Part shown: in pieces, positions 11,119 through 21,716 of the stretch
Layout: the number at the start of each line of letters is the position of its first letter
Position numbering within the stretch: position 1 is the first letter of the stretch
Assembly (NCBI RefSeq): GCF_000760515.2
Contig: NW_013546132.1
Coordinates: 1-64,000, forward strand
Source: Mitosporidium daphniae
Taxonomy: Eukaryota
Reading direction: 5' to 3'
DNA: 64,000 nucleotides
Translations under genes and position numbers: made by a program
The notes under the pieces: generated by a model
Told to the model about the DNA's origin: nothing
The model's input: the letters and a program-made list of their open reading frames with translations, nothing else
The model's database searches: none

Positions 11119-14100
11119 TTAATGTAAAAAACCCATCACGGACCCGGAAGCTGGAACTTTTCCCTTTTCAACGAGGCTATGAATGAGCATTTTGATTTGA
11201 TAGAATGTTTCCAAAGATCCAGAGAAATGTTGGAATATAAGACCATAGGATTGGGTCCAGAAAACCTTTACCATTTCGACACTCATTGACATCATTGGAA
11301 ATATTTGGAGCGGTTTTCCGGACACAGACCGGATTGAAAGTTCCTTTGCCTCTTTCCAACGATCATCGGGAGGAATCTGTAATGTAACAATATATTTGCA
11401 ATATGAGGGATGGTAGAGCGAGCTGCTTCTCAATTTAATAGCATCTTCATGTGTGAACCTTGAAATCGACACCGGAACAACGCCACCAATGACGCCTGGG
11501 AGATGCCCCAAGCTCAAGGCCAATCTGTCGAGCATTTCACCTTGGGAGCGCCACGAACAACCAGAAAGAAACTCGACCTTGAACAGGCCATTAAGGTATA
11601 TGGTTCTCAAGTTATAAGAAAGGGCCTGAATCTCTGGATTTTGCATATCACTTACGCTCGGTGCTACCGGTCTTAGCTCGGCAAGAATCTGTTCTCTACA
11701 ATCCTCAAGTAGTTTGATGGGCGGTTTTGGAGATGGGATCCCAAAAAATACCACCCATAGATCTCCATTCCTAAGGATCGGAATTTCCTGATTATTACTC
11801 TTAAGAATGACCAACAAAAACAAAGAAACCAAAGGCCAAGGACACATTGGGGAACATGGGGCCACTTTTTTGCTATTTTTAAAGAAAGACTCGAGCGTTG
11901 CCTTCAAAAGAGGTTGTGGATATTGAAATGCCAAAAGGATCTCCAATTCTTCAACCGCAAGGGAGGCCACAGACTCTGAAGACGACGGATTCAATGGCGT
12001 GTTCAGAGTTACCCAAAGGCCTTCATTAAGGATCTGATATTGATTGCGCTTCAATTCCAAACAACAAGAGCAGCATTGATTCGAAAACGTGTGAGGCTGC
12101 ATTGCCTGCTCATGGTCAAAGAAACTGGCCTTGAAAAAATCAACACCGGCCCCACCATTCGACAAACTTTCCTGGCTATTGGAGGCTTCGAGCATGTTGC
12201 CAAACTTTGAATTCTGGAATTCAGATTCTAAATCAACACTCCTGCCTCGACAGCAATGTTTTCTAGATGCCGGGATTTTTGGGCCCCAACGGGGTTGATC
12301 AGAAGGGTAGGGAATACACGCGAGTTCTGTGCAGATTAAGCCCGAAGTGCAAGAAGCCAGTATCCAAGCGTCTTCCATTAATAACTCCCTGGCTGTAGAT
12401 CTTACTTTATGGTCCACTTTGAGCATTTTTGAAATCAGGTTAACAAAGGCCGGAGAGGAGCCTTCTGGAAGGGCCGAAAACGGTTGGCCCTTTATAATTT
12501 GCGCATGAAGAGCAGATACCCGATCTCCAGGTACATCAAATGGAACTTTTCCGGCGATCATTGCAAAAAGGATCACACCCAAAGACCAAATGTCAACTGC
12601 AGGCCCAGGATATGCGCGGCCTGCCAGCAGCTCTGGTGCTGCATAATAAAGGGAGCCACAAAATGTATCAAGCAAATGGAACGAAGAGCCAGTACATGGT
12701 GATGATACCGAATTTTTTGATTGGGCTAACTTGGAAATTTCATCATTAGCTGCAGAAAAGCCTGTGTTCATCTGCGAATGCGAAGAAGACACTTCAAGAG
12801 CCATGGAATAAAAAAAGTTTGCAAGGCCAAAATCAATGATAAAAGACTGCCTCTCTTGCGAATCCAGTAAAATGTTTTCGATTTTCAAATCTCGATGGAC
12901 AATTCCAGCAGAATGAAGAAAGGCCACTCCGGTTAAAAGAGACTTGAAAATGGGACGAGCCTCTTCTTCAGAAAACCGGCCCTTTTTGGATGTTAGCCGG
13001 GTTAAAAGAGATCCTCCCGGAGCATAATCAAGGATCAGCAAAACAAGCCGCTCACCCCAAATGGCGTCCTTTAATTTTAGAATCGAGGGGTGTTGAGAGC
13101 TTGTAAGCACTTTTAACATTGAAATTTCCCTGTGAATGCGTGTATCACGAACAGCACGTGGTTCTGGCGCAGCCTTTCCCTTGCCAGGCACATGCTTGCC
13201 TGCAGCCTTCAGTTCATTTTCATATGCTTTATCGAGCGCCTTTTGGGCCGCCAAGATTTCAGATGTAACGACAGATTCCCGAATTTCGCGTGGAATGATT
13301 TTTACGGCGGCTTTTACCCCGGTCAATTCATGAACGGCCAGTTTGACCCTTGAAGTAGATCCTGAACCTAGCTCAGAAACGATCTTCCAGGGCCCCACCT
13401 TTATAATGTCGAAAAGACGGAAAAAGGAACATGCGCTAACAGTGTCCGGTGTGATTATATGTCTAGGATCATCTAAAGGAAGGGACTCTATACTTCTGAT
13501 TCCGGAGCGCGAAATAATATGAACATCCATTTCTTCATCACGAGTGGATTTTGTTGGACAATTAAAAGATTCCAGAGCGGCAATTTCATCGACAGCCTTC
13601 AAAAATGCGCTGGTAGTCAATCTTGCGTTGCGCATAAATTTCCACTGCATTACTTGAATCCCACCGTTTGCCCCCTTTTCAATGTGTTTTCTAATTGGAT
13701 CTTCAGCATGTAAATGGTCTGCAATCAAACTTTCAAGCTTGAAAACCTTTTGAGATTTTTTAGTTTGCAAATTTGAAGGCTCCGTCGATGATGCCGGTAA
13801 TGCTGCCAATTGTGAAGAGGGTACAACTTGCACAAGTTCTTTGGTATCAAGCCCCTTCGACGCTCCGTAATTACGGCATGAAAGGACATCGTCGTTTGGA
13901 GGGACGTTTAATTGCCTTGTGCATGTATGAATGACACTCCACTGTGGTAAAGGAGAATGCAGCATCCTTGTAAATGCACGCGGGTGAACCTCGTGATTCC
14001 AATGGGCCTGAGGTCCAATAGCATCCAATTCAAGTGGCTTTGTAGGATGCCGATTCGCGGGCGCAGCGGCAGGCTCTATTTTCCCCCTAGGTACACCTAA

Positions 14101-14151
14101 TTCAGGGGAAGGAAGCAGATAGCTTGTGGAAAAGGATTGCTTCGCTGTCAT
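11119..14151 (-). CDS. KIN1: Kin1/MARK-like (CAMKL) Ser/Thr kinase
   Basis: AAVKII, HRDLKIEN, DFGLAN, TFCGSLYYAAPE, GPAVDIWSLGV, GKVPFD; possible KA1-like C-terminus. Confidence 0.85.
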   Translation of the reverse strand: MTAKQSFSTSYLLPSPELGVPRGKIEPAAAPANRHPTKPLELDAIGPQAHWNHEVHPRAFTRMLHSPLPQWSVIHTCTRQLNVPPNDDVLSCRNYGASKGLDTKELVQVVPSSQLAALPASSTEPSNLQTKKSQKVFKLESLIADHLHAEDPIRKHIEKGANGGIQVMQWKFMRNARLTTSAFLKAVDEIAALESFNCPTKSTRDEEMDVHIISRSGIRSIESLPLDDPRHIITPDTVSACSFFRLFDIIKVGPWKIVSELGSGSTSRVKLAVHELTGVKAAVKIIPREIRESVVTSEILAAQKALDKAYENELKAAGKHVPGKGKAAPEPRAVRDTRIHREISMLKVLTSSQHPSILKLKDAIWGERLVLLILDYAPGGSLLTRLTSKKGRFSEEEARPIFKSLLTGVAFLHSAGIVHRDLKIENILLDSQERQSFIIDFGLANFFYSMALEVSSSHSQMNTGFSAANDEISKLAQSKNSVSSPCTGSSFHLLDTFCGSLYYAAPELLAGRAYPGPAVDIWSLGVILFAMIAGKVPFDVPGDRVSALHAQIIKGQPFSALPEGSSPAFVNLISKMLKVDHKVRSTARELLMEDAWILASCTSGLICTELACIPYPSDQPRWGPKIPASRKHCCRGRSVDLESEFQNSKFGNMLEASNSQESLSNGGAGVDFFKASFFDHEQAMQPHTFSNQCCSCCLELKRNQYQILNEGLWVTLNTPLNPSSSESVASLAVEELEILLAFQYPQPLLKATLESFFKNSKKVAPCSPMCPWPLVSLFLLVILKSNNQEIPILRNGDLWVVFFGIPSPKPPIKLLEDCREQILAELRPVAPSVSDMQNPEIQALSYNLRTIYLNGLFKVEFLSGCSWRSQGEMLDRLALSLGHLPGVIGGVVPVSISRFTHEDAIKLRSSSLYHPSYCKYIVTLQIPPDDRWKEAKELSIRSVSGKPLQIFPMMSMSVEMVKVFWTQSYGLIFQHFSGSLETFYQIKMLIHSLVEKGKVPASGSVMGFLH

Positions 14152-14381
14152 GAGGCTAAAGAACCGAATACGGAAAAGATCCTGTTTTTATCTGGAGGGA
14201 CCAATCAGGGCCGCGTTGTGTTGATGTTTGTCCAATGGCCGAAATATTTTATTTTAAGCAATTTGAAAGGCTAGGGTTGCAAGTGGCAAGCATAAAGCAG
14301 CAAGCAAAGGCCAAAATTGCGCTCTCCAACTAGTGAAACGCTTTGAAGCAGTTGCAAGTGCAGAAAAGAATTAGAAAGCGA

Positions 14382-15044
14382 CTATGAGGCACAAAAATCA
14401 CGACCAAGAAAAAAAATCTCAGAGGAGCCTTTGCGGCTTGCAGGCGGCTTTATTGCTTTTATCCGTTGAAAGCCGCTATCAAGTAGCATGGCTTTGAAAT
14501 CCCTTTCATGCCCTCCAGTAAATATTTTTGCCAAAAAAGAGCCACCCTTTGCCAGGTGTTGTTTTGCGATTTCCAACACATGCGAAACCAACTCTACAGA
14601 GCGTAAAGAATCAAGATCTCCGACTCCAGAGATGTTTGGGCACATGTCCGAGATAATTATATCAATTTGGTTCCCTTTGTTTTTGCCTTCACCCAGCCAG
14701 TTTGGAAGGAAGCCCTTTTTGAAAAAATCGGAGGTAATATCCGCTTGATGAGTAGATACGCCTGGAATATGCCCAATTGGGTCCAGATCGACTGCCAATA
14801 TTCTTCCATTGCTTTTGAGAACATTGGCGGCCACTTGGCTCCAGGAGCCAGGAGCTGCTCCGCAGTCAAGTATGGTCATGCCAGGCCTTATAATGGGATG
14901 CTTCTCAAGGATTTGGAGCAGTTTGAAGGCAGAGCGGGCGCGATATCCCGATTGTTGGGCATCCTTTACAAAGCGGTCTGTGGCATGATTGGCAAACCAG
15001 GAAGCGCTGGAATAAGATGCAACCCTTGATGGGGCAAGAGGCAT
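14382..15044 (-). CDS. MRM2: RrmJ/FtsJ-family rRNA 2'-O-methyltransferase (mitochondrial MRM2-like)
   Basis: YRARSAFKL, DCGAAPGSWSQV, SDMCPNISG, KPPASRKGSSE. Confidence 0.9.
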   Translation of the reverse strand: MPLAPSRVASYSSASWFANHATDRFVKDAQQSGYRARSAFKLLQILEKHPIIRPGMTILDCGAAPGSWSQVAANVLKSNGRILAVDLDPIGHIPGVSTHQADITSDFFKKGFLPNWLGEGKNKGNQIDIIISDMCPNISGVGDLDSLRSVELVSHVLEIAKQHLAKGGSFLAKIFTGGHERDFKAMLLDSGFQRIKAIKPPASRKGSSEIFFLGRDFCAS

Positions 15045-15168
15045 TTAAGCAAATTGAATTTGGGCAAATATTTTTATTTTTAAATTTGAAGAGGGTTTTT
15101 GCGAACCTTTGTGGCCTCCAGGCACCCTTTCGAAAGGTCATTCGCTAGGGTGAGTAAGGCTACGCACA

Positions 15169-15751
15169 TTATTTAAATCGCAAATTTGAAAGATAAGCGT
15201 TCCACCCAATAGATGCCAATCCAATAAATGGCACCCTCAATGTAAGCGGAACAAAAGAAAAGTTTATCAGCTGCAGCCATGGCCATACTGTATAGTTGGC
15301 CAGAAGTGCATCCTTGTATGTGTTTGCATTTTTGTTTGAGGATTTTTCTTTCAGCTCACTTGTGATTAGAAAATAGACTCCCAGACCGATTGGCGCAAAA
15401 ATAAGCTGATCCGCCATCATTCTTAAAAGCGACCCTATTGAGGCATAAGAGGCGTCGTTCTCTTACTGAAAAAAGCCCGCCGTATCTTACGCATGGTAAT
15501 AATACGTTCGAGATAGCTATGCCACGCGTATCCACTAGGTCCCTATGGCAGCAATTAGCAGCCATAAATACCACAAAACCTGCACCAAATGAGAAATGGG
15601 CAAGTGAGCGCCGGAGGTCAAACGCCCCATCTTGCTGGTGCGCATATTGGGGGTATGCATCGCCTATTGAAACAAGGATGCCAGAAAAAGCGATCTATCA
15701 AGTACCTGCCGAAATTGCCTGCGAAAGGTATAACCTTAGCCTTGTGCTCAT
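15169..15751 (-). CDS. SYM1: Mpv17/PMP22-family mitochondrial membrane protein, 3 introns
   Basis: GD..PQ, ADQLIFAP, NYTVWPWLQLINFSFVP, WNAYLS; the first intron must be non-canonical. Confidence 0.85.
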
Positions 15752-15997
15752 TTTTATAAACTTTACGAGGATCAGTGTAATTTTAGCCAAACTGGCATCC
15801 ATTGGTCAATACGTTGATGTGTGCTGCTAAAAAATAGAAGAGCGCATTGATAGATTAAAGAACCGAGCCATAAATGCGTGGCATTGATCCACCACAAGCT
15901 TAAATTTGGAAAACACGCTGCTCTCTGTTTAGCATTTATAATTTAAAGTTTTAATAGCCCTCTTTGTGATTTGTGCGAGCCTTAATGGTCTCGCCAA

Positions 15998-17131
15998 TTA
16001 TATTACCAGTCCCAAAAAAATCAAGCATATAGACGCACCAAATGGAGCTATAGCAAGACCGTTTGCTGCGGAATTTTCTACCAGAAATATATGTTCAATA
16101 AACTGATTCAAAGGGGTCTTTTCTTTTTTCAATGGTGAGTCGCTTAACATGAAACTTGTTGTTACTGTCGAATTTTGCTTTCGCGCAGAATGACCTGAAA
16201 TTTCTTCAGTAAATATAGCTACCGGTTTTTTAACACCGTAAAGGGAAGACAGAATAAATGCTTCGGTTTTTGGATCCGGACAGGGCTGGCTGGGAATAAC
16301 CCTGGCTTTCTCTTGTACAACCATTCGTGCAAAGGCGGTGCGATCCAGTGCGGGAAGAGTCTTGAAAAGATCTATAAAGCTTACACTTGGCTGAATGGTA
16401 TCCTTTTGAACATAAGGCAGTATTTCGTGCATTTGCTTGCGAATTTTCGAAAAAAGACTCTTTGGTTTCTTTTCCGCGGTATTTTTTCCTTGTTGTGGAT
16501 GCTCCTTTTGTAAGCTTGAATTTTTTTGCGCCTCTGATGTAAAAATGTGAACCCGATAATCGCTAGAGTTTCCCTCAAAACCGGGCAAGTGATTCCATAT
16601 CCACAGAGACACATTGGTCGGCTCAAAGTCATCGATTCTCACATTTACAGACACCTCACGGCAAGTGTGGTTGAATTTACTCAAAGGCACTTCATTTTCA
16701 AGAAAATATGGATGCTCAAACATTTCTTGCGGAAATGGAATGCCAAAGCATGAGTGAAGCTCGCCTGAAAGCTGGTCGAAAAACATGTTTGAGCCGCCCT
16801 TAATGGAAACTAAATCAAGTGTTTCTTTGTCTTGTATATTTTTTCTATCTTCGCTGCGATCTGAATTTACGCGAAGTATCTTCAGTTTTGTTGAAATGGT
16901 CGGCAAAACTGTCTTTTTCACGATGACTTGTAACTCTGCATTAAGCTCCAATCGAATTTTTTTAACGAAAGATTTGAGTGAAAAGTATTGCTCTATTCTT
17001 GGGTCATATACAAGTAGTTCAGCAGTGACTTTAATATCAGCCCCGATATCTCTCAATAGCCCCAACAGTAAAAAAATGAATAAAACCAAGGAAATGCAAA
17101 GGGCATTCATTTTTGCAAAAAAAAGCCCCAT
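15998..17131 (-). CDS. Hypothetical secreted/GPI-anchored protein
   Basis: 377-aa ORF with N-terminal signal-like and C-terminal hydrophobic segments. Confidence 0.65.
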   Translation of the reverse strand: MGLFFAKMNALCISLVLFIFLLLGLLRDIGADIKVTAELLVYDPRIEQYFSLKSFVKKIRLELNAELQVIVKKTVLPTISTKLKILRVNSDRSEDRKNIQDKETLDLVSIKGGSNMFFDQLSGELHSCFGIPFPQEMFEHPYFLENEVPLSKFNHTCREVSVNVRIDDFEPTNVSLWIWNHLPGFEGNSSDYRVHIFTSEAQKNSSLQKEHPQQGKNTAEKKPKSLFSKIRKQMHEILPYVQKDTIQPSVSFIDLFKTLPALDRTAFARMVVQEKARVIPSQPCPDPKTEAFILSSLYGVKKPVAIFTEEISGHSARKQNSTVTTSFMLSDSPLKKEKTPLNQFIEHIFLVENSAANGLAIAPFGASICLIFLGLVI

Positions 17132-17275
17132 TGGCCTATTAAATTCTTAATTCAAAAAAATATTGCCAGCACAACAATGCCACGAATGGATGCAATGATT
17201 CGTTGTAATTGGCATCGCATATGATTGCCTATTAGGCAAATCAATGCCGAATGCTTTGTTTTATTACTTTGGCGA

Positions 17276-17821
17276 TCATGTGGATATTTTGGAGCAGAAA
17301 AAGTCGTACATGTAAGCCAAGGATGGTGTATTCCTAAGGATATCGAGTGTGGTCACAGTTTCTAAGGGCGGGAGATCCTCGTCCGAATACCAATACCGTT
17401 CAAAAGAAGTGTACTCATTTTGGTTTGAAAATTTTAGAGAAAAAGGCTCAATAAGATCTTGCGATTCTCCACCAAACTCGCAGGAATTTTGATCGTGATC
17501 AGAGAAAAGAAGCTCCACCATCTCCTTTTCATCTTCGCTTGATGAGCTAAACAGATGAACCAAGTCGCTATTGCTCTTTGTATGGTGATTTGTTTGCGCC
17601 TCCAATGCTGGAGGGCCACGGGGGCTCGATTGCTGCGATGTTGGCGTGTTGGTGGCGTCCGAAATCGTTTTCAAATATTCGCTTTCAATCTGAGAGAAAA
17701 GGGTTGAATTTTCATAGTAAATAGACTCTAGCTCATCATCGATATCGTTGATATTTCCCGACTCCGGCCCGGAGTCCGAACTTACAAGAGCTATGGCAGA
17801 ATGTTGACATGCATCTTTCAT
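17276..17821 (-). CDS. Hypothetical acidic protein
   Basis: Open frame with ATG at 17821; acidic/Ser-rich. Confidence 0.5.
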   Translation of the reverse strand: MKDACQHSAIALVSSDSGPESGNINDIDDELESIYYENSTLFSQIESEYLKTISDATNTPTSQQSSPRGPPALEAQTNHHTKSNSDLVHLFSSSSEDEKEMVELLFSDHDQNSCEFGGESQDLIEPFSLKFSNQNEYTSFERYWYSDEDLPPLETVTTLDILRNTPSLAYMYDFFCSKIST

Positions 17822-17881
17822 AAAATTGTACACTTCAATGTTTCAATTAAATTTATTGGCTGCCAATTCTATTTTCTATTT

Positions 17882-18319
17882 TTACATTTTTTTCATATTT
17901 ACAGACCAAGGGTTGGTGTTTCTATTCAGCTGTGCATCTATGGTGGTCAATTGCGAAAGCCGGAATGCCCATGGATATACCATTGCAGGAAACTTTGCTT
18001 TATCCGATTCGAATGGCGTTTTCGACCGATCTGCCGCGTCATAGTAAACCGATGGGCTCGATGGGATCGAGTGGAGCGAATCGTCTACAAATCCGACAAA
18101 GCTGCTTTCGGAAAGCCTGATCGTTGGCGGCTGGTCACTAAATACTCCCAACCTTCCGATCGATTTCCCGTTTGGCTCTTCCAACTCTTCAGGAACCTTC
18201 GTGCGACCAGCTCTGTTCCTTTTCTTTTTGACCATCTTTACAATAATGAACAGCATGATCAGCACGAGGATCAGGATTCCACTGGTGTAGCATAACACTG
18301 TTTTCATGTGTTTATCCAT
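17882..18319 (-). CDS. Hypothetical single-pass membrane protein
   Basis: TM segment GILILVLIMLFIIV followed by KMVKKKR; AT-rich upstream sequence. Confidence 0.55.
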   Translation of the reverse strand: MDKHMKTVLCYTSGILILVLIMLFIIVKMVKKKRNRAGRTKVPEELEEPNGKSIGRLGVFSDQPPTIRLSESSFVGFVDDSLHSIPSSPSVYYDAADRSKTPFESDKAKFPAMVYPWAFRLSQLTTIDAQLNRNTNPWSVNMKKM

Positions 18320-18661
18320 GTACCTTAAAAATTGGATAGCGCAGCCTATTTTCACTTTTTCCGTTTGATTGGTTGTCGGCCAAATCCCAATCAATCTGGC
18401 TCGGTAAAATTACCCTGCCAAATGTCTCCGAATTTTGGCGTGTACATGTAAAGTTCGCGCTTACATGTACACAATTCTGGTGAGGCTGGCTTCTGTGGCC
18501 GGAGTTTCCAGCTGCCGTGCTATAGCGTGCCATGAAATTGGCGATCGAAATAAATGGTAAATTTGAGGAATTAAATTTCGTTTCAAAAGCCCTCAAGTGA
18601 AAACATTTTGCCAATGTAAAGGGTTAAATTTATTTACAAGTAAATTTCCATATCTTTATTA

Positions 18662-20156
18662 ATGATACCAAAGGGATCAGCATCTCTTAATCCAGAAATG
18701 TCCTCGCCAATCAACGAAGAAAGTGTGCAAACCATTGAGGCGGGCGAGGCATCTGCTGCCCTTGCAGCCACTTCGGATAAACACTGGAACGAAAAGCCCC
18801 AAAGGGAAGGCTGTTGCCTTGGACGGCTCATAGGAAATCGCTTCAAGGTGGTTGCCAAAATCGGCGCAGGAGCATTTGGAACCATCTTTTCAGGCACAGA
18901 TATAGTAACAAGTTCTCCAATCGCCATTAAGATTGAGCCCAAAGCCATCAAGGTGCGCCAATTGGCATATGAGGCCCATGTATATCGTGAGATTCAAGGC
19001 GTCGGTAAGAGACTTTGATCTTATTTATGTAGCCTGCATGCCTCGAATATACGCCTTTTTCGAGGAAGAAGCCGAAGGCGACTCTAGCTTGGTAATGGAG
19101 CTTCTAGGCCCATCTCTTGAGGAGCTTTTCAATAGGTCCAGTAGATTGTTTGCTCTCCCTATTGTGCTTATCCTAGCCGATCAAATGGTACGGTGCTATA
19201 TTTTGTTTATCGTGCAGATTCAGCGGATAGAGTCGCTCCATTCTCGCTACTTTTTGCACCGGGACATCAAACCGGACAACTTTGTTGTTGGCCGAACTAC
19301 GGATCCCTCCGATTCGGTGACCATTGATGGCAACACTTGTGTCTATCTGATTGATTTTGGGCTGGCAAAAGCTTATCGGAGACCAGGATCTGCGCACATT
19401 CCATTTCGCGATGGAAAACATTTGACGGGAACTGCACGATATGCCTCTTTAAATGCTCATCGGGGATATGAACAATCACGCAGAGACGATCTTGAAAGCT
19501 TGGGCTATGTCCTTATATATTTCCTTCGCGGCTCGCTTCCATGGCAAGGATTAGGTCGGCCTAAAAAGCCACCACCGGGAACACGTCCATCAGAACCCTC
19601 CCTCAATGCCAAATATGCTCGAATCTCTGAATGCAAAAAGGCAGTCAGCGTTGCAGAACTAACTCAAGGACTCCCCCCAGAGTTTGCTGCGTTCTTTACA
19701 CACATCCGCGGATTGCGTTTTGAAGAAAGGCCAGATTACGAGTACTTGAGGAAGCTCTTCAGAGCGGTGGCACGAAGAGAGGCTCTTGAAAAGGGAGGAG
19801 AATCCATACGCGAGGCAATGGAAAAAAGAAAAAAACCGCTTGAAGATTCCCTTTCATCTCCTTTGAAGATACTTGGCGGTGGCTCTGCCTCTTCCCTGGT
19901 TACCATTCCGCCAAATTCTTCCACGCTTGGCATCAAGGAATATGTGCCTTGCGACGATGGTTGCACAAACGAACGACCCTCCTACCACCCAAGACTCGGC
20001 CTTCCAGAAACTTTACCTATCAACTTGACCATATCTGCGCCAAGAATAATTGTAAAGGAGACAAGTAATAATTATTATCCTACTCCCCACCATCACAACC
20101 ACCATACAGGATTGTATCACCACCAGCAATCCCGCAAAAAGGACTCCTGTAATTAA
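18662..20156 (+). CDS. HRR25: Casein kinase I; introns 19005-19032 and 19188-19217
   Basis: [49 protein letters not shown]. Confidence 0.93.
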
Positions 20157-20208
20157 ATTTAAAAATAAATAAACTTTAAATTTACAATTTTAATCTTGCG
20201 AATTGTCC

Positions 20209-21036
20209 ATGCTGCAGCGGTCTGCAGTGTATTTGGACGTGCTTGTGAGTGCTCTTCGCGCACGCAAGCTTCTTCACGAGGCTGCAATGCCTCTTCACTC
20301 AGATGAATTTGTAAGACGTGTCTCGGTTGATTGGAAGGCATTGGTATCCAAGCTTGAAACCACGATCCCTCTTCAATCCACCACGCATTTATCTGTGTGT
20401 CGCAATGGAGACCAGGCAATTACGAGAAATCTTGGCTCAATATATATCAGGCGCGTCATTATTCCATTTTTGCTGTTCCATTCGTACATCCAACGGGTTC
20501 GCCCCTCATCTGCTTCAGAGCCGAGTGGGCCTCACCTTCATTTTAAGCTTATCGAGTTCAACGGGGGTCAAACGATTATTCCAGAGCATTTTGAGCGACT
20601 ACAGCAGCCATCTTATGGCTCTTTTTATGAAAGTGCATATCCAAGATCCATACCTCTTTGCTGGGTCTCTTTGCTCCACAAGAATGCTGCCCTTACAATT
20701 TCGCCATTGGATGATACACCGAGGGCCCCAACATTTCCAGAAAAGCGCCCAATGTTAAAGGATCGCTTTGCATACTACTATGTTCGAACGACAGCCGAAA
20801 TGTCTACGAAAAAGCGGCATATGATCAAGACTGGAAACAGACTGCGGAAATACAAGGCAAAGAAGGCATTGCGAAAGGAGCGTGCAAAGATTCGGATGGT
20901 TCAACTTATCCGGAAATCATCAAATACCGCCAGAAATATTTTGAGGATGAAGCTGGGGGAGGAAAAGTACTCTCAGCTGCTTGCTTCTGCTACGTCCAAA
21001 AGCACATGCAGTTCTAGTGCCAACAGCACTCGCTGA
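20209..21036 (+). CDS. Hypothetical protein with highly basic C-terminal helix (possibly mS38/COX24 DUF1713-like)
   Basis: MSTKKRHMIKTGNRLRKYKAKKALRKERAK; family assignment tentative. Confidence 0.5.
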   Translation: MLQRSAVYLDVLVSALRARKLLHEAAMPLHSDEFVRRVSVDWKALVSKLETTIPLQSTTHLSVCRNGDQAITRNLGSIYIRRVIIPFLLFHSYIQRVRPSSASEPSGPHLHFKLIEFNGGQTIIPEHFERLQQPSYGSFYESAYPRSIPLCWVSLLHKNAALTISPLDDTPRAPTFPEKRPMLKDRFAYYYVRTTAEMSTKKRHMIKTGNRLRKYKAKKALRKERAKIRMVQLIRKSSNTARNILRMKLGEEKYSQLLASATSKSTCSSSANSTR

Positions 21037-21234
21037 CCCTGCATTGGGATGTGGCGATTAGATTTGACAGTAACTTATACATAGCCCGTATGCTGTTTTA
21101 TAAAACTTTAAGCTTACCATGCTGCCACCATTTGCGGTATAACGATGAGCCCCAAATCACGCTGAACGAACGTGGACCGGCATGTCGTAGGTTTTGGATT
21201 GCGGATTAATTTTCAACATTAAAATATTGGCACC

Positions 21235-21573
21235 ATGGAGCCCTTTTTGTGGAGGCCAAAGACAAGCACGCTTTGCGTGCCAGTACGAGTTCGACCCAAC
21301 TCTAGCCGAACTGGCATTGTCGCACTTACACCAGACGAACTTTCGGTCAGCATAAGTGCAGCACCGCAGGACGGGGAGGCCAATCAAATGCTTGTTTCTG
21401 TCCTTGCTCGCTCCTTTGGCATTCCCAAAAGCTACGTGTGTATTATTTCCGGACATAAATCGCGGGAAAAGGTTGTTTCGATAACACCACCGGTGCCCTC
21501 TGTCCCATATTCGCAGTTTGCAACCGGGATCCTGGCAAGGATCCGTGGCGAACTTGAAGAAGCCTCTAAATGA
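21235..21573 (+). CDS. DUF167/UPF0235 (YggU-like) protein
   Basis: VRVRPNS...ISAAPQDGEAN...ISGHKSREK. Confidence 0.9.
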   Translation: MEPFLWRPKTSTLCVPVRVRPNSSRTGIVALTPDELSVSISAAPQDGEANQMLVSVLARSFGIPKSYVCIISGHKSREKVVSITPPVPSVPYSQFATGILARIRGELEEASK

Positions 21574-21716
21574 AGTTTTTCGCTACAACAAACACCTTCA
21601 ACGTCTTTTGCTGCTCTTGACCCCGATGGAAACCAGCTTATTTGATAGGGGTGGCGAATACAACCCCGCAGGCTTGCCACATTAAAGTTTTGTTTAAGAG
21701 GCATTGTGGCCACGGT

